In this document: piece by piece, positions 1-9,177 of the stretch
Layout: the number at the start of each line of letters is the position of its first letter
Numbering within the stretch: position 1 is the stretch's first letter
From: Candidatus Binatia bacterium
Lineage (GTDB): Bacteria; Desulfobacterota; Binatia; UBA9968; JAJDTQ01
Length of the DNA: 64,000 nt
Assembly (NCBI GenBank): GCA_963666515.2
Contig: OY762897.2
Location: 3,392,001-3,456,000, forward strand
Reading direction: 5' to 3'
Made by a program: the position numbers and the translations under genes
Notes under the pieces: generated by a model
Seen by the model: the letters and a program-made list of their open reading frames with translations, nothing else
Database searches by the model: none
What the model was told of the DNA's origin: nothing

Positions 1-594
1 CCCAACGCATGACGACAGCTCCGACAGCGCCGCCGATGGCCCCCCCAGCCAGGCGTCGCCCAGGCGCGCGGCCCGCTCGATGGCGGGCGCGGTCCAGGCG
101 CCGAACCAGATCGGCGGCGCCGGTTGCTGCACCGGCCGCGGTCCGACCGTGGCGTCTTCCACTTGGTAGTAGCGGCCGTGGTGGGTGACGTGGGTCTCGG
201 TCCACAGCCGGCGCAACAGGGCAGCCCCTTCATCGAGCCGGCTGCCGCGCTGTTTCACCGACAGGCCGAAGGCGGCGAACTCCTCGGGCGCGTATCCGGC
301 CCCCACCCCCAGGATGAGACGGCCGCCCGAGATCATGTCCACCATGGCGCCCTCCTCGGCGACGCACATGGGATGGTAGAGCGGCAGCAGTAGGACTCCG
401 GTGCCCAGCGACACCCGGCTGGTGCGGGCGGCGATGGCGGCCAGTCCCAGCAGCGGCGCCGGGTAGAGGACGGGATTGTTGTGGTGCTCGCCGAGCCAGA
501 CCGAATCGAACCCCGCGGCTTCCGCGCGCTCGCATTCCCGGATGGTCTCCTCGAAGCTGTCGGTGCCCTGCAGCGGGCTCAATCCCAGTTTCAT
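1..594 (-). CDS. LLM-class flavin-dependent oxidoreductase (luciferase-like monooxygenase), 3' end outside window
   Basis: Hand translation from ATG at 594: MKLGLSPLQ...AEAAGFDSVWLGEHH...LAAIAARTSRVSLGTGVLLLPLYHP...VDMISGGRLILGVGAGY, typical LLM motifs; absent from the ORF track because it runs off the window edge. Confidence 0.9.
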   Translation of the reverse strand, partial: MKLGLSPLQGTDSFEETIRECERAEAAGFDSVWLGEHHNNPVLYPAPLLGLAAIAARTSRVSLGTGVLLLPLYHPMCVAEEGAMVDMISGGRLILGVGAGYAPEEFAAFGLSVKQRGSRLDEGAALLRRLWTETHVTHHGRYYQVEDATVGPRPVQQPAPPIWFGAWTAPAIERAARLGDAWLGGPSAALSELSSCVG

Positions 595-651
595 CGGCTC
601 TCCCGTTTTCTTGCGTCCAAGCCCGTGGGCCGGGCTTCTGTCTGCGGCGGT

Positions 652-1362
652 TTACCCGGATCGCGGGACGTTTGGGCCGGGCCGCCCGGCGAGCGCGGCA
701 AACGCCCCTTCCGCCTCCGCAACGAACATTCGGACCCGATGGGGGTCCTTGCGGCCGTCCGGGCCCTCCACACCGGTGTGGGCGTCGACCCCGGCGGGCC
801 GTACGGTCCGTATGGCCTTGGCGACGTTCTCCGGCGTCAGCCCTCCGGCCAGTATGACAGGTCGCGGGCTCAGTTCCACCAGCCGTCGGCTCACGGCCCA
901 GTCGTGGGTCTTGCCGGTGGCGCCGGAGGCTCCGGTGGCGGGATCGAAGGTGTCGGTGATGAAGCCGTCCACGTGCGGCGAGAAGGCCGTAACGCCGGCC
1001 TCCAGCTCCGCCAAGTTGTCGTCCCGCACGATCAGGCTCCTGACCACTTGCAGGCGGGGACGCAGCGCCCGGAGGCCCGCCACCCGGCCCTTGTCGACAG
1101 GGCCGTGCAGTTGCACGCCGGCGCAGCCGAGCCTGTCGCACAAGGCGGCGATGGAGCGCGGATCGTCGAGGTAGGTGATCAGCGAGGCGCACGGACCCAA
1201 GCCCAGTGTCCGGATGATGGCCGCGGCTTCGTCTTCCGGGAGATCCTCCCGGTGGACCACCAACCCCAGAGGGAACCCCAGCCGTTGAACGCCGCTGTCT
1301 GCCAGCATCTGCGCTTCCGCCCGGTCAAGGATGCCGGCTATCTGAATGATGGGATTCGCCAC
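652..1362 (-). CDS. trpF: Phosphoribosylanthranilate isomerase
   Basis: VQLHG, DTFDP..GASGATGKTHDW, VILAGGLTPENV, GVDAHTGVE motifs; likely GTG start at 1362. Confidence 0.85.
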   Translation of the reverse strand: MANPIIQIAGILDRAEAQMLADSGVQRLGFPLGLVVHREDLPEDEAAAIIRTLGLGPCASLITYLDDPRSIAALCDRLGCAGVQLHGPVDKGRVAGLRALRPRLQVVRSLIVRDDNLAELEAGVTAFSPHVDGFITDTFDPATGASGATGKTHDWAVSRRLVELSPRPVILAGGLTPENVAKAIRTVRPAGVDAHTGVEGPDGRKDPHRVRMFVAEAEGAFAALAGRPGPNVPRSG

Positions 1363-1385
1363 CAGGAGCCCGTCCGAGCAGTCTC

Positions 1386-1892
1386 CTACCCCCCGGTCGT
1401 TTCCACGTAGCGTCGCAGCACGTAGAGGCCGTCCGGGGTGAAGGGTTCCGTGGCCGCGGCCCGGAACACCGCGTCCACCTCCATGAAGGCGCCGCTCTCC
1501 ACTTCTTCCTCCTGGAGGGTCACTTCGCCGTCGTAGACGCACCGGAAGGCCGCGCCCCACACCCGGCTGTTGTCATCCGCGTGGTAGAACTCGAACAGGC
1601 TCTGGAGCGGGACGTCGCGGATGCCCATTTCTTCCTCGAGCTCCCGCCGGGCGCCATCGAGGTAGCTCTCCCCCGCCAGCACGACGCCGCCGGCCGCGGG
1701 ATCGTAGTACCCCGGGAACACGTCCTTGGTGCGCGTGCGCTTCTGTATGTAGATTTCGCTCCCGGAGTTGAACACCAGGATGTAGGTGCTGCGGTGCGGC
1801 AGCCTTCGCGCCCGCATCTCGCGCCGCGGCGCGGAACCGACGACGTTGTTGTCCTCGTCGACGATGGCCACGATCTCGTCGCCCGGGTCCAT
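1386..1892 (-). CDS. NUDIX hydrolase (YfcD/IPP-isomerase-like)
   Basis: Nudix box GGVVLAGESYLDGARRELEEEMG; QKRTRTKDVFPG. Confidence 0.9.
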   Translation of the reverse strand: MDPGDEIVAIVDEDNNVVGSAPRREMRARRLPHRSTYILVFNSGSEIYIQKRTRTKDVFPGYYDPAAGGVVLAGESYLDGARRELEEEMGIRDVPLQSLFEFYHADDNSRVWGAAFRCVYDGEVTLQEEEVESGAFMEVDAVFRAAATEPFTPDGLYVLRRYVETTGG

Positions 1893-1948
1893 GAGATATG
1901 CGGGTTAACGGCGGCTGGTCAGCTTGTCAACCGTCCACGAGCCCGACC

Positions 1949-2092
1949 ATGTCCTGTCCCAAGTAATTCTTACCGATCTGCTGGTCTTTCTCGTCCGTTC
2001 GTCCTGAGCGTAGCGTAGCGAAGTCGAAGGACGCCTTGCCGACAACAAGAAATCCTGCGCAGCTTGGTAAAGAACTACGTCGGACAGGACAT
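1949..2092. repeat. Nested MITE-like inverted-repeat element enclosing a REP-like palindrome
   Basis: Arms ATGTCCTGTCCCAAGTAATTCTTACCGATCTGC (1949-1981) and GCAGCTTGGTAAAGAACTACGTCGGACAGGACAT (2059-2092) are imperfect reverse complements; internal CCGTTCGTCCTGAGCGTAGCGTAGCGAAGTCGAAGGACG at 1995-2033. Confidence 0.7.
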
Positions 2093-2952
2093 TAGAACGC
2101 CGTCAACACCACGCCTCCGGCGCATATCAGCAGTGCCCCGGCGACCGCCTTCGAGGTAACCTGTTCCTGGTCCTTGAGCAGCAGGTGGGTGAAGGTCACC
2201 GAGAACAGCGGCGTGGTGGCGATCAGCGGGTCCACCAGCACCACGTCGCCCATGCTCAGCGACAGCATGTAGGAGGTGATGCCGCAGCTCGTCACCGCTC
2301 CGGAGAGGCCGAACCACAACACCGTGCCGCGGTTGACGCTCACGTCTCGGTAACCGCGCCACGCCACTAGGTAGAGGAGCAGGCCGCTGACGCTGCCTAT
2401 CAGGGTCAGGGAAATGGCCAGCGGCACGGAGGTCACCATCCCGTAGCCGTACTTGCGGATGGGGCTGGCGACGCCTCCCAGGATCGACGCGCCGAGCGGA
2501 AACAGCAGGTCGCGCTTGCGGAAGTCCGTGAGCGCCCGCTCGTCGCGCATTCCCAACACCGTGGCCCCGAGGATGATCATGAGGGTGCCGCTCACGAGCG
2601 CCAAGGTCCATTGTTCCCCCAGCCACGCCACTGCCAGCAGGCCGGCGAACAGAGGCGAGGTGTTCCGCAACGGCGAGGCCCGGGCCACGCCGACACGGGA
2701 GATGGCGGCGTAGAACAGGAACTGGGTGGCCAGGGGCGCCACCGCTCCGGCGAGAATGAACCACCCCGCCGCGGCAGGTGACAACTGCGCCCAGTCCGCC
2801 CGGGGCCCCATCACCGACAGCAGCACCGCGCCCATCGTGAGGAGGTTGAAGGTGATGGCGGTGGTGGGTCCGCCGGTACGAAGACCCCAGCGCACCAGGA
2901 TGTGAGCCGAACCAAAGAAGAACGCGGCGCCCAACGCGAAGAGTATTGCCAT
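2092..2952 (-). CDS. DMT/EamA family transporter
   Basis: About 10 hydrophobic segments in two repeats; GVARASPLRNTSPLF, LLLKDQEQVT. Confidence 0.9.
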   Translation of the reverse strand: MAILFALGAAFFFGSAHILVRWGLRTGGPTTAITFNLLTMGAVLLSVMGPRADWAQLSPAAAGWFILAGAVAPLATQFLFYAAISRVGVARASPLRNTSPLFAGLLAVAWLGEQWTLALVSGTLMIILGATVLGMRDERALTDFRKRDLLFPLGASILGGVASPIRKYGYGMVTSVPLAISLTLIGSVSGLLLYLVAWRGYRDVSVNRGTVLWFGLSGAVTSCGITSYMLSLSMGDVVLVDPLIATTPLFSVTFTHLLLKDQEQVTSKAVAGALLICAGGVVLTAF

Positions 2953-2963
2953 GTGCAAGCGCT

Positions 2964-4136
2964 CTAGTTCGCGGTGAAAAGGGTTGCCTGGCCGGCCGGG
3001 ACCTGAAGCGGCCCGTCCGAAGCAAACGGATCGGCAGCCTGTTTGGGGAGGCGCAGCTTCCGGCGAATTTCCGCCACGGTTGGAGACGCCTCGTAGTGGC
3101 GGCCCCGTCTTTCGCCTTTTGCCACGATAAGGTCCGTGTCCACCAGGACCTTCAGGTCACGGCTGGCGAGGTTGTTCGACACGTCTGCGCTCACTCGATA
3201 TGACGAGTTCCTCACCTTGCTGCCGAATGCAGCCTGGAGCAGCGCCATGGCCGTGCGCTCGGGAAGGCCCCTGGACTCCACCAGGTTGAGAAGCTCTGCA
3301 TAGACTCTCTCCAGCTCCCGCGTCCGGCGAAGAAGTGTCTGTGCCTGCAGGTAGTGGCCGCTCAGGCAGAAGCGCACCCATGGTTTGGCATCGCGCCGCG
3401 GGTTCCATCCGCCGCCGCCCACCGCCGCCAGCACATGGTAGTACTCCTGTTGATTGTGACCGATATACTCCTCGATTGAGGAAAACGCTGGCGCGACAAT
3501 CCCGTCGCCCGCCAGCACCGCGGTCTGGATGCACCTGGCCGTGCGGCCATTGCCATCCGTAAACGGATGCAGCAGCGCCAGGTTCAGATGCGCCATCGCC
3601 GCGCGGAGGAATACGGAATCGACGTCCTCATCGTTTACATAGTCCAGAAGCTCGCGGATCAGCGGCTCCAGTTGGTCACGGTCCACCCCCTCGTGCACGA
3701 CGTCACCGGTCTTGGTGTTTCTGACACCAACCCACCCGGGACGGTACTGACCCGGATGTGCCTGCAGATCCGACTGGCAGATCATGAAGTGGACCGCCAG
3801 GAGCACGTCTTCCGTGATCCTGAAGGACGCGCTCTTCCGGCGCTGGAGGGTGTAGTCCATGGCTTCACGGTAACCGACAACGGCCCGCCACGTCTCGCGG
3901 TCGGTGCTCGCGGGGTCTTCGCCGTCAATCGCGGCGATGGCATCCTCATCAGACACATGGATGCCCTCCACACTGTTGGAGGCCATGAGCGCCCGGGCCC
4001 GGGTCATGCGGGCCAACAGGCCGGTCCAACGACGCGGTTCGGTGACGACGTAGTTGCGTAGATCAGCCCGTATGCGGGCCGTGGCAGCCTCTACTCGCTT
4101 CTCGTCGTCATCCAGTGCAGAATACGTGTACAGCAT
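2964..4136 (-). CDS. Fic family protein (class II, N-terminal inhibitory motif, C-terminal HTH)
   Basis: Canonical HPFTDGNGRTAR; inhibitory motif SNSVEG; C-terminal VSNNLASRDLKVLVDTDLIVAKGERRGRHY wHTH-like; start at MLYTYS (4136) or 4142. Confidence 0.9.
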   Translation of the reverse strand: MLYTYSALDDDEKRVEAATARIRADLRNYVVTEPRRWTGLLARMTRARALMASNSVEGIHVSDEDAIAAIDGEDPASTDRETWRAVVGYREAMDYTLQRRKSASFRITEDVLLAVHFMICQSDLQAHPGQYRPGWVGVRNTKTGDVVHEGVDRDQLEPLIRELLDYVNDEDVDSVFLRAAMAHLNLALLHPFTDGNGRTARCIQTAVLAGDGIVAPAFSSIEEYIGHNQQEYYHVLAAVGGGGWNPRRDAKPWVRFCLSGHYLQAQTLLRRTRELERVYAELLNLVESRGLPERTAMALLQAAFGSKVRNSSYRVSADVSNNLASRDLKVLVDTDLIVAKGERRGRHYEASPTVAEIRRKLRLPKQAADPFASDGPLQVPAGQATLFTAN

Positions 4137-4139
4137 GAT

Positions 4140-4208
4140 CATATGTAATTGACAACTGATTTCAAGACAGTTAATAACCGTCGTAAGGTCAGTTGTCAAT
4201 TGTATATG
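4140..4208. promoter_or_regulatory. 20-bp inverted repeat carrying TTGACA in both arms between divergent fic and TAXI genes
   Basis: CATATGTAATTGACAACTGA (4140-4159) vs TCAGTTGTCAATTGTATATG (4189-4208), 18/20 complementary; central AT-rich TTAATAA at 4171-4177. Confidence 0.65.
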
Positions 4209-4238
4209 GGGCCGTCCACCCGCAAGGAGAACCATCAC

Positions 4239-5231
4239 ATGGCCTACGACGACCGCAGCGTGAAACCCATGAGCTCGAGCCTGTTGCGGGCGCAGATCGG
4301 CACCAAGCTCCTGGCCGGCCTGTACGACTCGGTGCCCACCATGATGACCAGCGCCATCCGGCTTTACGTGGACCTGCCCGGCGCCGGCGGCTCCGCCGGC
4401 CCTCCCTTCGCCTTCAACATCGCCATCAGCCCGGCCTGGTGCAGCGGCATCCAGGGCGCCCGCCTGGTGGGACGGCGCAAGATCGACATCGCCTGGCTCA
4501 ACCCCTCGTGCATCCCGGCCATGGCCTATCACGGACGCGGCCCCTTCCGGAAAGCGCTGCCGTTGCGAGCGCTGGCGGTGTTTCCCTCCAATGACCGGAT
4601 GGTGGTGGCGCTGGGGCGCAGGCACGGCATCCGCTCCATGGACGAGCTCAAGCGCCGGAAGCCCGCCCTCACGGTCTCGGTGGCCACCAACGACTGCGTC
4701 AACTTCGCCATCAACGCGGCCCTGCGCGCCCACGGCATGAGCCTCAAGACCTTCGAGGAGTGGGGCGGGGTGGTGGAGCCGGTAGTGCGGCCCAGCAACC
4801 CGCGGCGCCTGGAAGGCATCCGCACCGGCGACGTCGACGCGGTCATCGACGAGGGCCTGCCCTCCTGGGCCGGCGCCGCGGTGGAGGAGGAGATGGCCTT
4901 CCTGCACTTCTCGCCCAAGGCCATGGCGTCGCTCGACCGCTACGGCTTCAGCCGCGCGCCGCTGGACGGCCCGCTGTTCGACGGAAAGCTTCCCGAGCCG
5001 GTCACCGCCGTGGACTTCAGCGGCTGGCCCATCGTCACCCACGCGGACCTGCCGGACGAGCTTGCCTACCAGGTGGTCGGCGTCATCGAGCAGATGCGGG
5101 AGAACATCGAATACGACACTCCGGGAATCCCGCCCATGACCCAGTTCTGCACGGACACCCCGGACGGCCCGCTGGACCTGCCGCTGCACCCCGGGGCCGA
5201 GCGGTATTACCGGGAGAAGGGGTATCTCTGA
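4239..5231 (+). CDS. TAXI-family TRAP transporter solute-binding protein (orphan)
   Basis: LRALAVFP, GIRSMDELK, ADLPDELAYQV, terminal PLHPGAERYYREKG motif; AAGGAG RBS before ATG 4239. Confidence 0.85.
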   Translation: MAYDDRSVKPMSSSLLRAQIGTKLLAGLYDSVPTMMTSAIRLYVDLPGAGGSAGPPFAFNIAISPAWCSGIQGARLVGRRKIDIAWLNPSCIPAMAYHGRGPFRKALPLRALAVFPSNDRMVVALGRRHGIRSMDELKRRKPALTVSVATNDCVNFAINAALRAHGMSLKTFEEWGGVVEPVVRPSNPRRLEGIRTGDVDAVIDEGLPSWAGAAVEEEMAFLHFSPKAMASLDRYGFSRAPLDGPLFDGKLPEPVTAVDFSGWPIVTHADLPDELAYQVVGVIEQMRENIEYDTPGIPPMTQFCTDTPDGPLDLPLHPGAERYYREKGYL

Positions 5232-5263
5232 GGCATCCCGATAGTTTGATCTGTTATGGGAGG

Positions 5264-6208
5264 CTATTCGGCTGCGGGTTTCGGCTGTCCGTGGCTCTCG
5301 GTTTCACAAGACACTTCCCGAATTTTTCCTTCATTTAACACAACGAATGCTCGCTCTGCGGAGTACACGTGACGTTCCGCGCTCCGCACTACTCTTTCGT
5401 TCATGGCCGCCACACGATCTGGTCCCAGGGTGACTACGGGAATCAGCGGATCCTCGAAGACCCCATACAACCCGACTCGCCGACCCAGCGGGAAGAACAC
5501 TTCTGTGTCCCGTAGCGCAAAACCGACGGGTACTTTCCTCCGATCCTTCCAAGTAAGGACCACAGGATGATCACAACATACTAGCTCCGGTCCACCCGCC
5601 GGGGCAAGAAGTAGGGACCAGACCCTTTTTCCAAGAAGCGGGAGCAACTTGTCAAAGATCTCAAATTCAACTGCAAGGTTGCCATCGGTCGAGAATTCGA
5701 GCCGATATCGTCCCTCTGTAACGAATTGCCTCATTTCTTCAAACGAGGCATCGGTCGGATCTCCTCCGCTCTGCTCCATCTCTCTTTCCCAAATCCTCCT
5801 GTCCGAAACAAGGAGCTCCGCAATACCGCGAACCACGCGCTCTCTGGCACGATTGAACGAATGACGCAAAGATGGATTCCGGGTGGCTAACAGGCAAAGA
5901 AAATTTAGAATCAGGTTAAGTTCTTTGTCTTCCGGGAATGTCTGCTTCGTCAAAACGTCACGGATTGCTTGCACGGCTTGTTGCTCGAATTGAGCTAGGC
6001 CCTGTTCGATTGCGTCGGGATCTATGCCCTCAACATTCACACGGTTAAAGTCCCTCTCAACGGCCACATTCTTTGGCGATGTCCGGAACGAATGACCACT
6101 CGTGACGTCCATGACAAAAAATTGGCCGTCCTTTTCTCCTGACATGGTAAACCCTGCCAAATAGGAGGCTGACAAATAGTGGTGACGGCGAGCGTCATGT
6201 TTGGTCAT
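5264..6208 (-). CDS. DUF4238 domain-containing protein
   Basis: N-terminal RRHHYLSASYLAGF, KNVAVERDFN, CCDHPV, FFPLG; lower GC than flanks. Confidence 0.75.
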   Translation of the reverse strand: MTKHDARRHHYLSASYLAGFTMSGEKDGQFFVMDVTSGHSFRTSPKNVAVERDFNRVNVEGIDPDAIEQGLAQFEQQAVQAIRDVLTKQTFPEDKELNLILNFLCLLATRNPSLRHSFNRARERVVRGIAELLVSDRRIWEREMEQSGGDPTDASFEEMRQFVTEGRYRLEFSTDGNLAVEFEIFDKLLPLLGKRVWSLLLAPAGGPELVCCDHPVVLTWKDRRKVPVGFALRDTEVFFPLGRRVGLYGVFEDPLIPVVTLGPDRVAAMNERVVRSAERHVYSAERAFVVLNEGKIREVSCETESHGQPKPAAE

Positions 6209-6399
6209 ATGACGACCTGATCAGTGCTTGGCGATAGGTATTTGAAGTTGAATGAACTGCGACTATGAGCACGAAAATGGGGTATCTCGACACAAGCACC
6301 GCTAATCGTGATCACAGTGAGGAAGTTTCATCAGATTATTTTCTTCCCAGAGATCATCCTTAGTCCTAAGATATTAGGTAGTTTTCAGTTGGTCAAGGT

Positions 6400-6700
6400 T
6401 GTTGCGGTGCAGGCACCGCAAACCAGGATGGCTCACGCATCGTCTCGCGCTACGGGAGGTTCCGGCTCCATGGGACGGGTAGTAGAACGTGCCCTCGACA
6501 TCGCCGGAGGTCCCTGACCGGCAGAAGGAAGTGTCATGGTGGACAGGGACACCGGACCACCCCATGTTCCCGAGCGGCGCGTTCCGTTCGATGTTGCGGA
6601 TGTTCGTGAACGAGATGTCGACAGCTCCGGTTGAAGTCATAGGGCTACCGCGTAGCCGAGAGTCACCCTGCGTCGAAAGGGTTTTACGCCGTCTGGATGG
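6400..6700 (-). pseudogene. Degraded fragment of a TbpB-like beta-barrel surface lipoprotein
   Basis: QGDSRL..GAVDISFTNIRNIERNAPLGNMGWSGVPV..DVEGTFY resembles QGEATV..ADVMFTDLTNAHTG..DMTWTGLAV..IEGRFYGP in the 53462-54296 protein. Confidence 0.5.
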
Positions 6701-7027
6701 ACCTCCGCTGGATAGTCGCTTCTTTGGACTTTCGTCAACTCTTCCCGTGATGCAGTCCGCGTCAGATTCCAACCGCTCAAGACGCACTGTATGTCGGGGT
6801 AACGTTCGATATTTCCCGCCCCGGGAAACTACAGAAGTTTCCGACGTAATATCAATAGGTTATGGAGGAACCGAACGGAGTGAGTTGAAAGTGGTCAGCG
6901 GCTAGGTACCAAGTAGGCACCAATTCATTTGCGGGCCATGCGCACGAACGTGCTCCAATGACGGCAACGATTCGGGCGTCCCCCGATGTGAACCGCCCCG
7001 GGTTTACCGGAGACGGAATTGTTTGAG

Positions 7028-7933
7028 TCAGGCCACCAGGGCTGACTCCGGGTACTGCTGATAGTAGGCCTGTTCGAGTTCAGCCGGCGGCACATAACCG
7101 ATTCCTTCCAGGAGACGGCGGTGGTTGAACCAGTCGACCCACTCAAGGGTGGCGAACTCGACCGCTTCGAGGTGACGCCAGGGGCCGCGTTGGCGAATCA
7201 CCTCGGTCTTGTACAAGCCGATGATGGACTCGGCCAAGGCATTGTCGTAGGAATCCCCGACGCGGCCCACCGACGGCTCGATCCCGGCCTCAGCCAGACG
7301 CTCGCTGTAGCGGATCGACAGGTACTGGGCGCCACGGTCGCTGTGATGCACCAGAGCGTCCTGATGGCCCACCGCACGGTCATAGAGCGCCTGCTCAAGG
7401 GCGTCCAGGGCAAGGTCTGTGTGCAACGAGTCCGAGACGCGCCAGCCCACGATGCGCCGCGCATAGGCATCGACGACAAAGGCGACGTAGACGAAGCCAC
7501 GCCAGGTAGCCACGTAGATCAGGTCCGCCACCCACAGCGCATTCGGCCGGCTAGCCTCGAACGCCCGGTTCACTCGGTCCGCGCGCCGGGCGAGCGCTTT
7601 CACTGCCATGGTCGTCTTCGACCGCCGACCCCGAACCACGCCACGAAGTCCCATCTCTCCCATCAGCCGCGCCACCGTGCAGCGGGCCACCGCAAGGCCC
7701 TCCCGTTGAGCGCACGCCACACCTTGCGCACCCCGTACACCCCGAAGTTCTCCCCCCTCCCACCCGCTTGATCTCGCCCCGCAGTTCCGCGTCACGTCGC
7801 GTTCGCGCCGGCAAGGAGCACGACCGGCCTCTCGCGCCTTGCTTTCGTAGTAGGTCGAGGGGGCGATCGGCAACTCCCTGCAGATCGGCTCGACCCCGTA
7901 TGCCCCTCGGTGCGCGTCGATGAACGACACCAT
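7028..7933 (-). CDS. IS3 transposase OrfB (DDE), with compensating internal indels
   Basis: [32 protein letters not shown]; the 7705-7825 segment is encoded in alternative frames. Confidence 0.85.
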   Translation of the reverse strand: MVSFIDAHRGAYGVEPICRELPIAPSTYYESKAREAGRAPCRRERDVTRNCGARSSGWEGGELRGVRGAQGVACAQREGLAVARCTVARLMGEMGLRGVVRGRRSKTTMAVKALARRADRVNRAFEASRPNALWVADLIYVATWRGFVYVAFVVDAYARRIVGWRVSDSLHTDLALDALEQALYDRAVGHQDALVHHSDRGAQYLSIRYSERLAEAGIEPSVGRVGDSYDNALAESIIGLYKTEVIRQRGPWRHLEAVEFATLEWVDWFNHRRLLEGIGYVPPAELEQAYYQQYPESALVA

Positions 7934-8253
7934 TGCGTCCCGCGGCGGTCGAGCTCCGCCTGGGCGAAAAAAGCCGCCGCCTTGCGCAATATCTCGTTCG
8001 CACGACGTAGCTCCCGGTTCTCTCGTTCCAGCGCCCTCAGCCGCTCTCCCCCTTCGCTCTTCTGCCCCGGCCCCTCACCCGCTTCGCCCTCCGCCCGCCG
8101 CACCCACTTGCGCAACGTCTCCGCGGTGCAGCCAAGCTTCGACGCCACCGACACGATCGCCGCCCACTGCGATCCGTATCCCGCCTCGTGCTCCAACACC
8201 ATCCGAACCGCCCTCTCCCGGACCTCCGGTGAATACCTCGTCGACTTGTTCAT
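7930..8253 (-). CDS. IS3 transposase OrfA (HTH + leucine zipper)
   Basis: [54 protein letters not shown]; expected stop before orfB is absent and the ORF runs on to 7792. Confidence 0.85.
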
Positions 8254-8449
8254 GACCCCATCCTCTCAAAGAATAGAGTCTCCGGTAAACCCGGGGCGGT
8301 TCACCCGAGTGTATTGAGACGGCAATCACCTGACCGTCCGGCCTTCGGCGCGAGATGAGCGGCCGGTGTCAGGTGAATACCCTATCTGTACATCCCGATA
8401 CATCAGCCGCTTGCCAACCATGCCAGCGGCCACCTCTCACACAAAACAG

Positions 8450-8764
8450 TTATTTAATTTTTCCAAAGCACTTTTGGATAAAACCGGGATCAACCCCTTT
8501 TATTTCATAAACAAAATCGTCCATAATCATTAATGATCTATTTTTGCCCGAATAAATAATATCGTTTACTCTTTTTAAATTAATCGACCTATATTTTATT
8601 TCATCTCCCTGATTCAGCCACTTACCATTCGGCATAATCCTAATCACAATTCTGATGTCGGCAGTTATCCAACCACTATGGCAAGAAACTTTATTGGCAT
8701 AAGCCGAACTAAAGACCGCCAAAGCCAAAACAAGAAACAAAGAACTAATCAAAATTTTCTTCAT
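8450..8764 (-). CDS. Small AT-rich secreted hypothetical protein
   Basis: Signal peptide MKKILISSLFLVLALAVFSSAYA; AAGGAAGG RBS; strongly AT-rich relative to the window. Confidence 0.7.
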   Translation of the reverse strand: MKKILISSLFLVLALAVFSSAYANKVSCHSGWITADIRIVIRIMPNGKWLNQGDEIKYRSINLKRVNDIIYSGKNRSLMIMDDFVYEIKGVDPGFIQKCFGKIK

Positions 8765-9177
8765 CGTCCTTCCTTTCTCCGCAAGAATGACACACTCCTA
8801 TCTTTTTGAATCTCCCCAACAAACGCAATGGCCGCTGTTGTCCGATTGTCCAGTGCGTTTATATATAGCTAGGAGGAGTGCTTTGGCTAGCTTGCTGGAT
8901 AATCCCCTCCCGAGGGCGGCGCCATCGCCGCCGACTTCACCGACGCCGCGGAGCAGACCATGGACGAAGCTACTCCGGTCGAGCCATGGCCCGTTGATGC
9001 ATGCGCCGACCTAGGTCTCGAATGCCGCGGCGGATACTCCGCGACCGACTCGGGGTGCGCCGGGCTTGAGTCCCCCCTCCCTCAAGCTCGACGGCGGTAG
9101 TGGAGTCGCCGGTAACCCCGACGCGGTCCAAGGGGGGATTGGGGCAGGGTGGTGTTCAAGGCACAACAAACAGCGGT

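Larger units (their letters stand above)
6989..8303 (-). mobile_element. IS3-family (IS51/IS629-like) insertion sequence, 1315 bp
   Basis: Perfect 26-bp terminal inverted repeats TGAACCGCCCCGGGTTTACCGGAGAC (6989-7014 and 8278-8303); orfA + orfB; no target duplication visible. Confidence 0.95.

Noticed and set aside
4137-5189. 741-aa ORF extending the Fic protein N-terminally across the TAXI gene
   Set aside because: The extension is the antisense shadow of the TAXI CDS; Fic-like sequence begins only at about 4136.
8405-8455. Possible integron attC after the AT-rich ORF (TAAC...GTTGGCA on the minus strand)
   Set aside because: Core sites do not fit RYYYAAC/GTTRRRY, spacing is too short, and there is no L-box pairing or integron integrase.
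9060-9145. Possible structured ncRNA (TCCCCCCT...AGGGGGGA)
   Set aside because: Only a short low-complexity complementarity, with no recognisable riboswitch or ncRNA motif.
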